From an uncultured Gammaproteobacteria bacterium (lineage in GTDB: Bacteria; Patescibacteriota; Patescibacteriia; SG8-24): DNA of 64,000 nt. Positions 17,637 through 26,945 of this stretch are shown piece by piece (the stretch's first letter is position 1; every line of letters begins with the position of its first letter). Made by a program: the position numbers and the translations under genes. The stretch covers positions 16,501 through 80,500 of the forward strand of contig CAZBFO010000002.1 of NCBI GenBank assembly GCA_964491475.1, given 5' to 3'. Under the pieces are notes generated by a model. The model did not search any database. It saw nothing but the letters and a program-made list of their open reading frames with translations, and had not been told where the DNA came from.

Positions 17637-20573
17637 TTACTGGCCTTCGGCTACGCTTCCGAAGAAGGCGTCACGGTCTACCTTTGCGGTCACGGTCCAG
17701 CGGCCGCGGTCGTCGGTCGTCCGTTGGGGCGCTTCCCAGCTGGGCGTGTAGCCGCGGGGGAAGTCGATGCTCGAAGTGAAGGTGATGGGCGAGCTGCCCG
17801 ACTGTTTTTGGAGCAGCAGGGTGTAGTCCATGCGGTCACGGCGATTGCCGGCGACGTCGCCGTAGAACGTGGCGAGCTTGCCGTCCGGCGGATGCGTCAG
17901 GGTGACGACGCCGGGCGGCAGCTGGTACACCAGGGTGACTACCGAGGTCTCGCCCGGATCGGTCTGCATCCAGTTGCCGAACACCGTCTTGTCGCCTTCA
18001 TCGCTGATGCGCGTGCCGGAGTCGCGGTCGATCTTGGTGTTCTTTTCCTGCGCGTCCACTGCCGGATCCGCGCTTTCGGTGCCGTCACCCAGCTTGAACA
18101 GCTTGGGGTCCGGAGCCTCGAATCCGTGCGCTTCGACCAGCATGCTGCCCTGCGGCACGTAGAAGCGGACGTAATCGACGTTGCGCACGCCGCTGAACAA
18201 CGCGCCCTTCTGGCCGTTGTGCGCGCGCGAGAGCGTCAGCGTCACGATGCCGGTGCCGTCCGGGAGGATCTTCACGGAGTGCTGCACGTCATCACGCATC
18301 TGCAAGTCCGTCTTCTGGCCGGCTATGTTGGTGTGCACCAGGTACAGGTAATCGCCGTCGGTCTTCTTGATCCCGCCGCCCCAGCCGAGCGCGGTGACGC
18401 GCCGTTCGGTGTCGGCGTCCTTGAGCCACAGCTGGACGTCGCGCTTGGCCAGGGCCTCGTCCATGAGGCCCGCCAGCTGCACCAGCTGATCGTTGTCGGC
18501 ATGCATCAGCCTGTCGAGGACCTTCGGCGCCAGGTCGGCGATGAACTGCTTGGGCTTGTTCTCGGTCTTGTCGTAGTCGACCTCGACCTGCTTTTGCGTC
18601 TCGTAGTAGAAGTTCTGGCTGGTAACGGTCTTGCCGTACTCGGGCATCTGGATCGGTCCGGTCACCGCCAGCAGCTGTTCCATCAGCGTGGCGTTGACGG
18701 CGATGACGCCGTCGGTGGTCGGCCCGTGCGACTTGTCGTAGAACCAGGTGATTTGCTTGGCGCTGGTGGGGAAGTCGGGATACCAGTTGGCGTCCTGGAA
18801 CTGCCACAGCGGATTGATCAGGTGCAGCGGCTGCGGCGAGGCCACGCGGGCCATCAGGCTGCCCTTGAGGTCGTAGGTGCCGCCGCCGGGAATCGACATG
18901 TTGGTGAGCTTGCCCTTCTCGACGTCGATGAGCGCGAAACTTCCCATGAAGCCGCCGGTGGGACGCATTTCGGAGTTGTTCTGGAAGATCAGCAGGTAGC
19001 GCTTGGGCTCGTTTTCGCCGAGGATGGAGCCCATGACGTCGGCGACGGCGCTGGCCTTGCGGACGGCGTCGGTCAGCTTGGGCACGTCGCGCTGCGCGTC
19101 GGTGACGGCGCCTCGGTACTTGGCGGGAACGGCCTCGGCCGAGATGAGCGCGAGGGAATCGCTGGCACGCTCAAGGTGGGGGAGCGCTTCGGACAGGTAC
19201 GTCTTGAGCGTGTTCAATTTTTCCGTAGGCGTGCCCAAGCCGTCCACGGCCTGCAGGCCGCTGGAAAGGCGCTCGCCGCCTTGCGCGATTTCGCGGCCGG
19301 CGTTCAGCAGCGGCGAAGCGGCGGATATGGCCGTGCCGGGAAGCAGCTTGGGGGCGGCATCGAGCAGGGCGGCCAGCGCGCCGAGCCTGCGTTGCGCGTC
19401 ACCAAGGCTTTCATCGGCCTGCGCGAAGTCGCGGCTGGCGCTGGCGAAGTCACGGTTCTTGGCCGCGTCGCCAGCGGCCTTGATCAGGTTGACCGCGCCG
19501 ACGCTTTCGCCGACCAGCTGGTCCTTGAAGCTGTTGATGTTGCCGATGGAGCCGTAGACGCCGAGCGGCAGCACCAGCACCAAGGCGATGGCAGCGAAAC
19601 CGGCAAGGCTGCGTTGCCAGCCGACGGGAAGCAGGGGCACGCGTTCCGTTTTCGGCTCGGCTTCCTTCTTGGCCGTGGCGACCGCGGTGCTCGGGGAGGA
19701 TTTCGCGAAGAAAGTTTTTTTCGCCGGAGCCGGCGTCAGGGATTTCGGCAGCTTCACGTGCTCGAGAATCGACATCGTATGCTGGGTCACCAGGTGGTGC
19801 GGCTTGATGGGCACGTTCTTGATGACGGTCGCCGAATGCTTTCGCGCGCGATGGCGCATGGCACGCGCGGTGGGCGAGAGCCAGACCATGACGGCGGCCC
19901 GCAAGGGGAGCCTGCGCGCGGCAACGGGTTGCCGGGCCGTCTGCATCTTGGCCTTGTTGAGTGCGCGCAAATCGGCCAGCAGCGGGCTCTTGATTGCCGC
20001 GGCTTGCTGCGTCGCCACGTGCTCCGCAGGCTCCTTGAGCAGCAGGGATGGCGGCTGCACCGCCGGCTTGTGGCGCGGTTCAGGGAGCTTCGGCAGGTGC
20101 TCGGCCAACGGCGCAATTTTTTTATTGACCCTCTCGCCGGGAATCTGGGCCAGATGCATGATTGCCAAAGCGGCAAGATGCAGGGTGCTCAAGACGGTCA
20201 GTTCGGCCAACGGATGTTCGTTGAAAAAGCGCGAGCCTGCTATGCGCACCGCCTGCTTGAGCGTGACGGCATTGGCAGCCGGAAAATCCTTCCATCCGCG
20301 CGGACGGACCGACAGCGTGCGCACGCGCAGGTCGTGCAGGTGGATGCGCTCGTCGAGCACGTGACGCAGGCGCGCAAAGATGCCGCGCGGCGGCATCACC
20401 GGCTTTTCGGCCGGCGGCTTGGGCGCTTCCGGAGGCACCGCGATGCGGCCGTGCAGGCTCACCTGGTGGCGCGAGGGGCGATGCGCCTTGTGCGGCTTCG
20501 GTTCACGGACGGTAACGCCGCCCGCGTGCTGCGGGTGCCCGTCGCTGTCCGTGATGAACGAAGTCTTCGACAT
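17637..20573 (-). CDS. DUF4012-domain membrane protein
   Basis: Hallmark DUF4012 segment (RYLLIFQNNSEMRPTGGFMGSFALIDVEKGKL). Has a TM segment and a proline-rich N-terminus. Confidence 0.65.
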   Translation of the reverse strand: MSKTSFITDSDGHPQHAGGVTVREPKPHKAHRPSRHQVSLHGRIAVPPEAPKPPAEKPVMPPRGIFARLRHVLDERIHLHDLRVRTLSVRPRGWKDFPAANAVTLKQAVRIAGSRFFNEHPLAELTVLSTLHLAALAIMHLAQIPGERVNKKIAPLAEHLPKLPEPRHKPAVQPPSLLLKEPAEHVATQQAAAIKSPLLADLRALNKAKMQTARQPVAARRLPLRAAVMVWLSPTARAMRHRARKHSATVIKNVPIKPHHLVTQHTMSILEHVKLPKSLTPAPAKKTFFAKSSPSTAVATAKKEAEPKTERVPLLPVGWQRSLAGFAAIALVLVLPLGVYGSIGNINSFKDQLVGESVGAVNLIKAAGDAAKNRDFASASRDFAQADESLGDAQRRLGALAALLDAAPKLLPGTAISAASPLLNAGREIAQGGERLSSGLQAVDGLGTPTEKLNTLKTYLSEALPHLERASDSLALISAEAVPAKYRGAVTDAQRDVPKLTDAVRKASAVADVMGSILGENEPKRYLLIFQNNSEMRPTGGFMGSFALIDVEKGKLTNMSIPGGGTYDLKGSLMARVASPQPLHLINPLWQFQDANWYPDFPTSAKQITWFYDKSHGPTTDGVIAVNATLMEQLLAVTGPIQMPEYGKTVTSQNFYYETQKQVEVDYDKTENKPKQFIADLAPKVLDRLMHADNDQLVQLAGLMDEALAKRDVQLWLKDADTERRVTALGWGGGIKKTDGDYLYLVHTNIAGQKTDLQMRDDVQHSVKILPDGTGIVTLTLSRAHNGQKGALFSGVRNVDYVRFYVPQGSMLVEAHGFEAPDPKLFKLGDGTESADPAVDAQEKNTKIDRDSGTRISDEGDKTVFGNWMQTDPGETSVVTLVYQLPPGVVTLTHPPDGKLATFYGDVAGNRRDRMDYTLLLQKQSGSSPITFTSSIDFPRGYTPSWEAPQRTTDDRGRWTVTAKVDRDAFFGSVAEGQ

Positions 20574-20579
20574 GAGCGT

Positions 20580-21710
20580 CTAGCGAGGAGTCTTGTGGGC
20601 GAGGTAGGCGTCGAGCGTCTGCTGCGCGCAGCGCGTCCAGTCGTATTTGGCGACCTGCGACCGTCCTTTGGCGATCAGTTCGGCGCGCAATTCGGTATCG
20701 TCAGCCATTCGCGTCAGGGCCGTGTAGATTTCCGCGGGCTTCTCGGGATCGAAGTAGTGGGCGGCGTCTCCCAGGATTTCCGGCATGCAGCTGGCGTTCG
20801 AGGAGGTCACCGGCAGGCCGTGTTGCATGGCCTCGAGCGGCGGCAGGCCGAATCCTTCGCAGAGCGAGGGGAACACGTAGAACGCGGCGTTTTCGTAGAG
20901 CGTGGCCAGCTCTTCGTCGGTGACGTGGCCGGCGAAGACCACGTTCTGCGCCAGGTCGTTCTCTGCCGCTTCTTTTTTGAGCCGGGCGTAAAAGTAATCC
21001 TCGGCTCCGACCAGCACCAGCTGCCAGTCCGCATGCTCCGCGCGCTTGCGGAACGCGGCGAAAGCCTCGACCAGCCGTTCCAGGTTCTTGTGCGGGTAGG
21101 CGTTGCCCACGTAGAGCGCGAACGGCTTCTTGATATCGGATCGGAGCTGCGCATTTTGCGTCTTTTGCAGCGATGGCGCGCAGGCTTCGTAGGTGACCAC
21201 GACGTTTTTTTGTTTTGCGAACGGGAACCGTTCGAGCATTTCTTTTTTGACGGTTTGGGAAACCGTGATGACCGTCTCCGCATCGGCGATGGCGCGGCGG
21301 ATAACCAGGCGGTAGAACTGGAACTTGATCCAGAAGATCAACGGTCCGAGCCTGCTGGCGCGTGTGGTGGGATGCGAGAGAAGGATCAGGTCGTGAATCG
21401 TGACGACGAACGGCTTGCGGTAGAAAAACGGGACGTTGAAGTGCGGGAAGTGGATCAGGTCCAAGCCATGCTGGTTGAGCAGCTTGGGATACTGCACTTG
21501 CTCGCGCCAGGTGTACCAGGGAAACTCCGCCAGCACCTTGGTGAACCGCGGATTCTTCGGGACGTACGAATCGAAGTTCGATGTCCACAAAAAAATCACG
21601 TAATCGTTGCCGTCGTCGATTTTTTCCAGATGCGAGATCAGCTCGCTGGTGTACCTGCCAAGACCTTTGCCGACGCTTCCGTAGAAGCGGGCGTCGATGC
21701 CGATGCGCAT
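20580..21710 (-). CDS. glycosyltransferase family 4
   Basis: GT4 C-terminal motif (..FVFPSLCEGFGLPPLEAM..). Confidence 0.8.
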   Translation of the reverse strand: MRIGIDARFYGSVGKGLGRYTSELISHLEKIDDGNDYVIFLWTSNFDSYVPKNPRFTKVLAEFPWYTWREQVQYPKLLNQHGLDLIHFPHFNVPFFYRKPFVVTIHDLILLSHPTTRASRLGPLIFWIKFQFYRLVIRRAIADAETVITVSQTVKKEMLERFPFAKQKNVVVTYEACAPSLQKTQNAQLRSDIKKPFALYVGNAYPHKNLERLVEAFAAFRKRAEHADWQLVLVGAEDYFYARLKKEAAENDLAQNVVFAGHVTDEELATLYENAAFYVFPSLCEGFGLPPLEAMQHGLPVTSSNASCMPEILGDAAHYFDPEKPAEIYTALTRMADDTELRAELIAKGRSQVAKYDWTRCAQQTLDAYLAHKTPR

Positions 21711-21904
21711 GGGTGTTTCGGGGTCAGAAATCTGCGTAAAAAGTACCCTTCGTTCACCAGCCCATTATAACAGAAGAAACAAGCGGAAATGGGCTAACTT
21801 ATCCGCAAAAGTGGATAACTTTCAGGGCTGTTTTTTGACCCGGTTTACAGAATTAGCCGCTGTGTTGTAATGGACCCGTAAACAGGATTTTTTCCGTCCC
21901 AAAT

Positions 21905-23743
21905 ATGTGCGGCATCGTGGGATACGTCGGCATGCGCCGAGCCGAAGACGTCCTGGTTGACGGCCTTCGCCGAATGGAGTATCGCGGCTACGACTCTTCC
22001 GGGGTCGCCGCCATCCAAAATGGTCAACTCAAGACCGTCAAAGCGGTCGGTAAAGTGGCTATTTTAGTTGATACCTTAGCCAGAAATCCGTTGGAAGGCT
22101 CTTTGGGAATCGCACATACGCGTTGGGCCACTCATGGCGAACCGACCAGCGAAAACGCACACCCGCACGTTGATTGCCGGGGTACTTTGGCGGTAGTGCA
22201 TAACGGCATCATTGAGAATTACGGGCCCATAAAACAGGCCTTGTCGGTTCGAGGCCACCAATTCCGCTCCGAAACCGATACCGAAGTCGTGGCGCATCTG
22301 ATTGAGGAGTACCATGCGACCATGTCCTTGGACGATGCCTTTTTTGCGGCCCTGAAGGACATCGTCGGCACTTTCGGCATCGCCGTGATTTCATCCACAG
22401 ACCCCAAAAAGATCTATGCCGCCCGTCGGGGGAGCCCATTGGTGGTCGGTTTGGGCAAAAACGGCGACGAGTTCTTCCTGGCGTCTGATCCGTCGGCGCT
22501 GCTCGCCTATACCCGCGACGTCATGTACGTCGAGGACGACGAAGCGGTCATCATGTCGCCCGATGGCGTGGAGACGTTTTCGCTGGAGCGCCTGCGCAAG
22601 CAGAAGACCGTCGAAACCATCAGCTGGACGCTGCAGGAAATCGAAAAAGGCAATCATCCGCACTTCATGCTCAAGGAAATGCATGAACAGCCGGAGGTCA
22701 TCGTGGGCGCGACGCGCGGCCGTCTGGACATCAAGAACGGCATGGCCGTGCTGGGAGGGCTTCGGGACGTCGAGGCGCGGCTGCGGAGCATCGATCGGCT
22801 GACCCTGCTTGCCTGCGGCTCGGCTTACCTGGCCGGTTGCGTCGGCGAGTACATGCTCGAGGAGTACGCGGAGATTCCGACGACGGTCGAGCTCGGTTCA
22901 GAATATCGTTATCGCAAACCCATCATCGACCCGGTGCGCGAAGCGGTCGTCGCCGTCACGCAGAGCGGCGAAACCGCCGACACGCTCGGCGCCATGCGCG
23001 AAGCCAAGGTGAAAGGCGCGTTGGCGCTCGGCATCGTCAACGTCGTCGGCTCGACCATCGCGCGCGAATCTGACGCGGGCGTGTACATGCACGCCGGCCC
23101 GGAAATCGCCGTCGCTTCCACCAAGGCGTTCGTGGCAATGCTGACTTCGTTTGCGCTGCTTACCATGCATCTTGGCCGCCAGCGCCGCATGTCGCAGGCC
23201 ACCGGCACGCGCATCGCCGAAGAGTTGGCGATACTTCCGCAGAAGGTCGCCCGGATCGTGGCGCAGAGCGACCGCATCAAGGCGCTGGCAAAAAAATACG
23301 CGAGTTACCCGAGCATGCTGTACTTGGGCCGCAAGTATAACGCGCCCGTCGCCCTCGAGGGTGCGCTCAAATTGAAAGAGGTCGCCTACGTGCACGCCGA
23401 AGGATACGCGGGTGGCGAGATGAAGCACGGACCGATCGCGCTCCTCGACAAGAATTTTCCCGTCGTCGCCTTGGTCACCAAGGACAGCGTCTACGAAAAA
23501 ATGAAATCCAACATCGAGGAAGTTCGCGCACGACACGCGCCGGTGCTGGCTCTCGCGAGCGAGGGCGACGAGGAAATCCTGCGCCTGTCCGAAGACGTGA
23601 TCTACGTCCCGCGCACCATCGAAATGCTGTCGCCGATCCTGAACGTGATTCCGCTCCAGCTGTTCGCCTATCACATGGCCGTCGCACGCGGCTTCGACCC
23701 CGATAGGCCGCGCAACCTAGCCAAATCAGTGACAGTAGAATAA
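21905..23743 (+). CDS. glmS: glutamine--fructose-6-phosphate aminotransferase
   Basis: N-terminal MCGIVGY Ntn-hydrolase start. Two SIS domains. C-terminal ..SVTVE. Confidence 0.9.
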   Translation: MCGIVGYVGMRRAEDVLVDGLRRMEYRGYDSSGVAAIQNGQLKTVKAVGKVAILVDTLARNPLEGSLGIAHTRWATHGEPTSENAHPHVDCRGTLAVVHNGIIENYGPIKQALSVRGHQFRSETDTEVVAHLIEEYHATMSLDDAFFAALKDIVGTFGIAVISSTDPKKIYAARRGSPLVVGLGKNGDEFFLASDPSALLAYTRDVMYVEDDEAVIMSPDGVETFSLERLRKQKTVETISWTLQEIEKGNHPHFMLKEMHEQPEVIVGATRGRLDIKNGMAVLGGLRDVEARLRSIDRLTLLACGSAYLAGCVGEYMLEEYAEIPTTVELGSEYRYRKPIIDPVREAVVAVTQSGETADTLGAMREAKVKGALALGIVNVVGSTIARESDAGVYMHAGPEIAVASTKAFVAMLTSFALLTMHLGRQRRMSQATGTRIAEELAILPQKVARIVAQSDRIKALAKKYASYPSMLYLGRKYNAPVALEGALKLKEVAYVHAEGYAGGEMKHGPIALLDKNFPVVALVTKDSVYEKMKSNIEEVRARHAPVLALASEGDEEILRLSEDVIYVPRTIEMLSPILNVIPLQLFAYHMAVARGFDPDRPRNLAKSVTVE

Positions 23744-23756
23744 CCATCTTTTTCGC

Positions 23757-24410
23757 TTGCAGCCGCACATGGTCGCCGTACCTAAACCGACTTTTTCCGA
23801 AGAGCGCGCCCTCATTGCGAGAGGCCTCTCTTTGATTGCCGGCGTGGACGAGGCAGGTTGCGGCTGCTGGGCCGGACCGGTGTTCGCCGCCGCCGTCATA
23901 TTGCCGCTCGATTCGCGGATCGGATTGGTGCGTGACTCGAAGACACTGTCGTTGTCGCAACGCGAACGCGTCGTCGCGCGCGTGAAGGAGGAAGCGACGG
24001 CATGGGCTGTCGGCACCGCCAGCGCGGCGGAGATCGATGTCTTGAACATCCGTGGTGCCGGAGCGCTGGCGATGAAACGCGCAGTCGAAGCGTTGGCGCA
24101 ACGTCCGGAGTTCGTGCTGACCGACGCCTTCAATATCCCGCAACTCGGCATCGACCAAAAGAACATCATCCGCGGCGACAGCAAGGTGAAATCGATCGCA
24201 GCGGCGTCAGTCGTGGCGAAAGTCGCGCGTGATTTGCATTTGAAAGAGTTGGACGAGAAGTATCCAGGATACGGATTTGCGACGCATAAGGGGTACGGGA
24301 CGAAAATGCACCAGGCGGCATTGGCAAAACTTGGGCCTTGTGCGGAACACCGGATGTCGTACGCGCCGGTAAAGGCGGCGATGCGAGAACTTGAAAATAC
24401 CTCGTCCTAG
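23757..24410 (+). CDS. rnhB: ribonuclease HII
   Basis: GVDEAGCG active-site motif and overall RNase HII pattern. Confidence 0.85.
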   Translation: MQPHMVAVPKPTFSEERALIARGLSLIAGVDEAGCGCWAGPVFAAAVILPLDSRIGLVRDSKTLSLSQRERVVARVKEEATAWAVGTASAAEIDVLNIRGAGALAMKRAVEALAQRPEFVLTDAFNIPQLGIDQKNIIRGDSKVKSIAAASVVAKVARDLHLKELDEKYPGYGFATHKGYGTKMHQAALAKLGPCAEHRMSYAPVKAAMRELENTSS

Positions 24411-24411
24411 C

Positions 24412-24578
24412 GCGCGCGACGCGAAGCGGAGCGCCGCCCCACCCGGGGGTACAGAATAATTTTTCGCCTGCGGGCGAAAAATTTTCCTCTACCTCGACGA
24501 AAAAATCAGGCTGCGGCCTGATTTTTTGTCTGCGGTAAGCCCCCCGGGTGGGGCGGCGCTCCGCTTCGCGTCGCGCGC
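24412..24578. terminator. 38-bp perfect inverted repeat enclosing two opposed intrinsic-terminator hairpins
   Basis: Arms at 24412-24449 and 24541-24578 are exact reverse complements. Inner hairpins are TTTTTCGCC-TGCG-GGCGAAAAA and AAAAAATCAGGC-TGCG-GCCTGATTTTTT. Lies between the convergent rnhB and the GT4 gene. Confidence 0.6.
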
Positions 24579-24594
24579 CTGGCGCGTGGCTGGT

Positions 24595-25719
24595 TCAGGT
24601 TATCGCTGCGAAGACATGTTCGAGCGAGTGCGCCGTTTTGTCCCACGAGTAGTTCCTTGCTCGCGCAAAGCCGCGTTCGCGCATCATCGCGCGTAACTTT
24701 TCGTCGGTCATCACCGTTCGCATCGCTTCTGCGATCGAGTCGGTCGATTCCGGTTTCACCAGCAGTCCTGCGTCGCCGACGACTTCGCCGAGCGACGAGG
24801 CGTTGCTGGCGATGACTGGCGTGCCGACGGCCATTGATTCGAGCGGGGGCATGCCGAAACCCTCGTAGAAAGACGGGTAGACCAGCGCGATGGCGCCGGC
24901 GTACAGCGCAGGTTTGTCTTTTGCCTCAACGTAGCCAAGGAATTTGATGCGGTTGCGCTTGGCGGAACGCTCGGCACGGCGGAAGATTTTCTCGTAGAGC
25001 CAACCTTTGCCGCCGGCTATGACCAGGTCAGCATCGATGTCGGTGCCGAGCGCGTCGAATGCCTCGATGATGCCGGTGATGTTTTTGCGCGGTTCAATTG
25101 CGCCGAGGTAGAGGAAGTACGGCTTGCGGAGGCCGAGACGGTTACGCAGTTCGGTGACGGCGCCTTCCTTCTGCGGCCTGAACGAGGAGTCGGCGGCGGG
25201 GCTCGCGACGAAAATCTTCGAGGCGTCGATGCCGAAGGTTTCGACAACGTCCAGCTTGGTGTGTTCGGAAACGGCGACGACGGCTGCGGCTTCGCGCAGC
25301 AGGCGAGGAACGTTGATCATCCGGTGCCAGAGACGTTGCTTGGCGGAAAAAAATGTGGGAGAGCGGACGAAGGAGAGGTCATGCACCGTCACGGCGTAGG
25401 GGAGACGCGTGGCCACGAAGTTGAGGTTCGGGAGAAAGAGCGCATCGGCCGGACCGACCAGGCGCTCGAGTTTCGGTTGCCTCAAAAAAGCGAAGGAGGC
25501 GTTGAGAAGGCGGTTGGGATAGCGCGAAAAGGCCTCACGCACCTTGTGCCCGTCGAGAGCCGCCATATCCAGGGGGAAGGCGGACGGCCTGCCGTTGCAG
25601 AACAGGGCGTAGTCGTTCGTGCCGCGCCGCACCAGCGCGGAAAGCGTCTCGGCGGCGTAAATGCCCACGCCGCCGCGCTTGGCCTCCATCATTGGGCGGA
25701 CATCGACGATGACGCGCAT
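24595..25719 (-). CDS. glycosyltransferase family 4
   Basis: GT4 motif (..YPSFYEGFGMPPLESMAVGTPVI..). Start at the internal ATG (MRVIVDV), 5 nt after the upstream gene's stop. Confidence 0.8.
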   Translation of the reverse strand: MRVIVDVRPMMEAKRGGVGIYAAETLSALVRRGTNDYALFCNGRPSAFPLDMAALDGHKVREAFSRYPNRLLNASFAFLRQPKLERLVGPADALFLPNLNFVATRLPYAVTVHDLSFVRSPTFFSAKQRLWHRMINVPRLLREAAAVVAVSEHTKLDVVETFGIDASKIFVASPAADSSFRPQKEGAVTELRNRLGLRKPYFLYLGAIEPRKNITGIIEAFDALGTDIDADLVIAGGKGWLYEKIFRRAERSAKRNRIKFLGYVEAKDKPALYAGAIALVYPSFYEGFGMPPLESMAVGTPVIASNASSLGEVVGDAGLLVKPESTDSIAEAMRTVMTDEKLRAMMRERGFARARNYSWDKTAHSLEHVFAAIT

Positions 25720-25724
25720 GGCGG

Positions 25725-26906
25725 TCAGCGTCGTCCCATTCCGGGCAACGCGAAAGTGCGAACCTCGTGCGAGGCAAACTGCGGCATGCCGACCTTTGAT
25801 GCGCCGTTTTCGTCGCGCCACTCCTTCCAAGCGGCTTCGACGAAGTCCTGAATGCGCTCCTTGAACACCTCGGTATCGTAGGAGAGGGCGTGCTCGCGGA
25901 TGGCCTTGGGGTCGAACTCCGAGGCGTCGAAGCGGATGATCTGGTTGGCGAGCTCTTCCCAGCTCTGGTCCTCGAGGAACAGGCCGGTGACGCCGTCGAT
26001 GACGGTTTCCGTTGCGCCGCCCTTGCGGTAGGCGATGACGGGTCGGCCCGAAGCCATCGCTTCGACCGCCGTGATGCCGAAGTCTTCCTCTTGGGGATGG
26101 AGATAGGCAAGACACTTCGAATACAGCTCGGCCTTCTGCTTCTCGCCGACACGTCCGACGAACTCGATGTTGGAGCCCGCGTTTTCCTTGAGGCGTTCAA
26201 GCTCCGGACCTTCGCCGAAAATCTTGAGCGGGATGCCGAGTTTGCTGAAAGCCTTCACGACCACGTCGAAGCGCTTGTAGGCCACCAGGCGGCCGCCGGC
26301 CAAAAAGTAGTTTTCGGTCTTGGGAGAGATGTAAAAGCGCGAGGTGTCGACCGGCGGGTGAATCACCTTGCTGTCGCGCTGGTAGTACTTGCCGATGCGC
26401 TTGGCCACCGTTTCGGAGTTGGCCACGAAGCGGTCGACGCGTTCCGCGGCCAGACGGTCCCAGACGCGGATGTTGGTGAGCATCATCGGCAGCAGCTTGC
26501 TCAAGAACGAGGGGAGTCCCTGTTCGTTCACGTAGGAGTGCGTGTCCGACCACAGGTAGCGCGTGGGCGTGTGGCAGTAGCATAGGTGCAGCGTGTCGGG
26601 GCGGGTGATGACGCCTTTGGCGAAGGCCGAAGTGCTGGAGAGCACCACGTCATAACCGGCCAGATTGTGATGCTCCGTCGCCGTCGGCATCAGCGGCATG
26701 AACCATTTGTAGCGCTTGAGAGCGAAGGGGACGTTCTGCAAAAAGGAGGTGCGGATGTCCTTGCCGCGGAAGCTTGCGCCCATGGTTTCCTCGTCGTGCA
26801 GCAACGCGAAGGTCGGCGCGTCGGGCCAGACTTCCTGAAAAGCCTGCAGCACGCGTTCGGCGCCGCCGTCTTGCACCAGGTAGTCGTGTACGAGCGCGAT
26901 CTTCAT
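25725..26906 (-). CDS. glycosyltransferase family 4
   Basis: GT4 pattern (..EDFGITAVEAMASGRPVIA..). Confidence 0.8.
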   Translation of the reverse strand: MKIALVHDYLVQDGGAERVLQAFQEVWPDAPTFALLHDEETMGASFRGKDIRTSFLQNVPFALKRYKWFMPLMPTATEHHNLAGYDVVLSSTSAFAKGVITRPDTLHLCYCHTPTRYLWSDTHSYVNEQGLPSFLSKLLPMMLTNIRVWDRLAAERVDRFVANSETVAKRIGKYYQRDSKVIHPPVDTSRFYISPKTENYFLAGGRLVAYKRFDVVVKAFSKLGIPLKIFGEGPELERLKENAGSNIEFVGRVGEKQKAELYSKCLAYLHPQEEDFGITAVEAMASGRPVIAYRKGGATETVIDGVTGLFLEDQSWEELANQIIRFDASEFDPKAIREHALSYDTEVFKERIQDFVEAAWKEWRDENGASKVGMPQFASHEVRTFALPGMGRR

Positions 26907-26945
26907 AAGAAGGGGTGAACTTACGGGCGGACAGCGGTAGAAGCC

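Noticed and set aside
15672-21770. 2032-aa plus-strand ORF
   Set aside because: It is antisense to three real minus-strand genes (DUF11 repeat protein, DUF4012, GT4) and shows extreme R/G/D/V bias.
21711-21904. Looked for a glmS ribozyme upstream of glmS
   Set aside because: None of the conserved glmS ribozyme core sequences are present. The leader only has a promoter-like TTTACA..TGTAAT and a GTTTAC palindrome.
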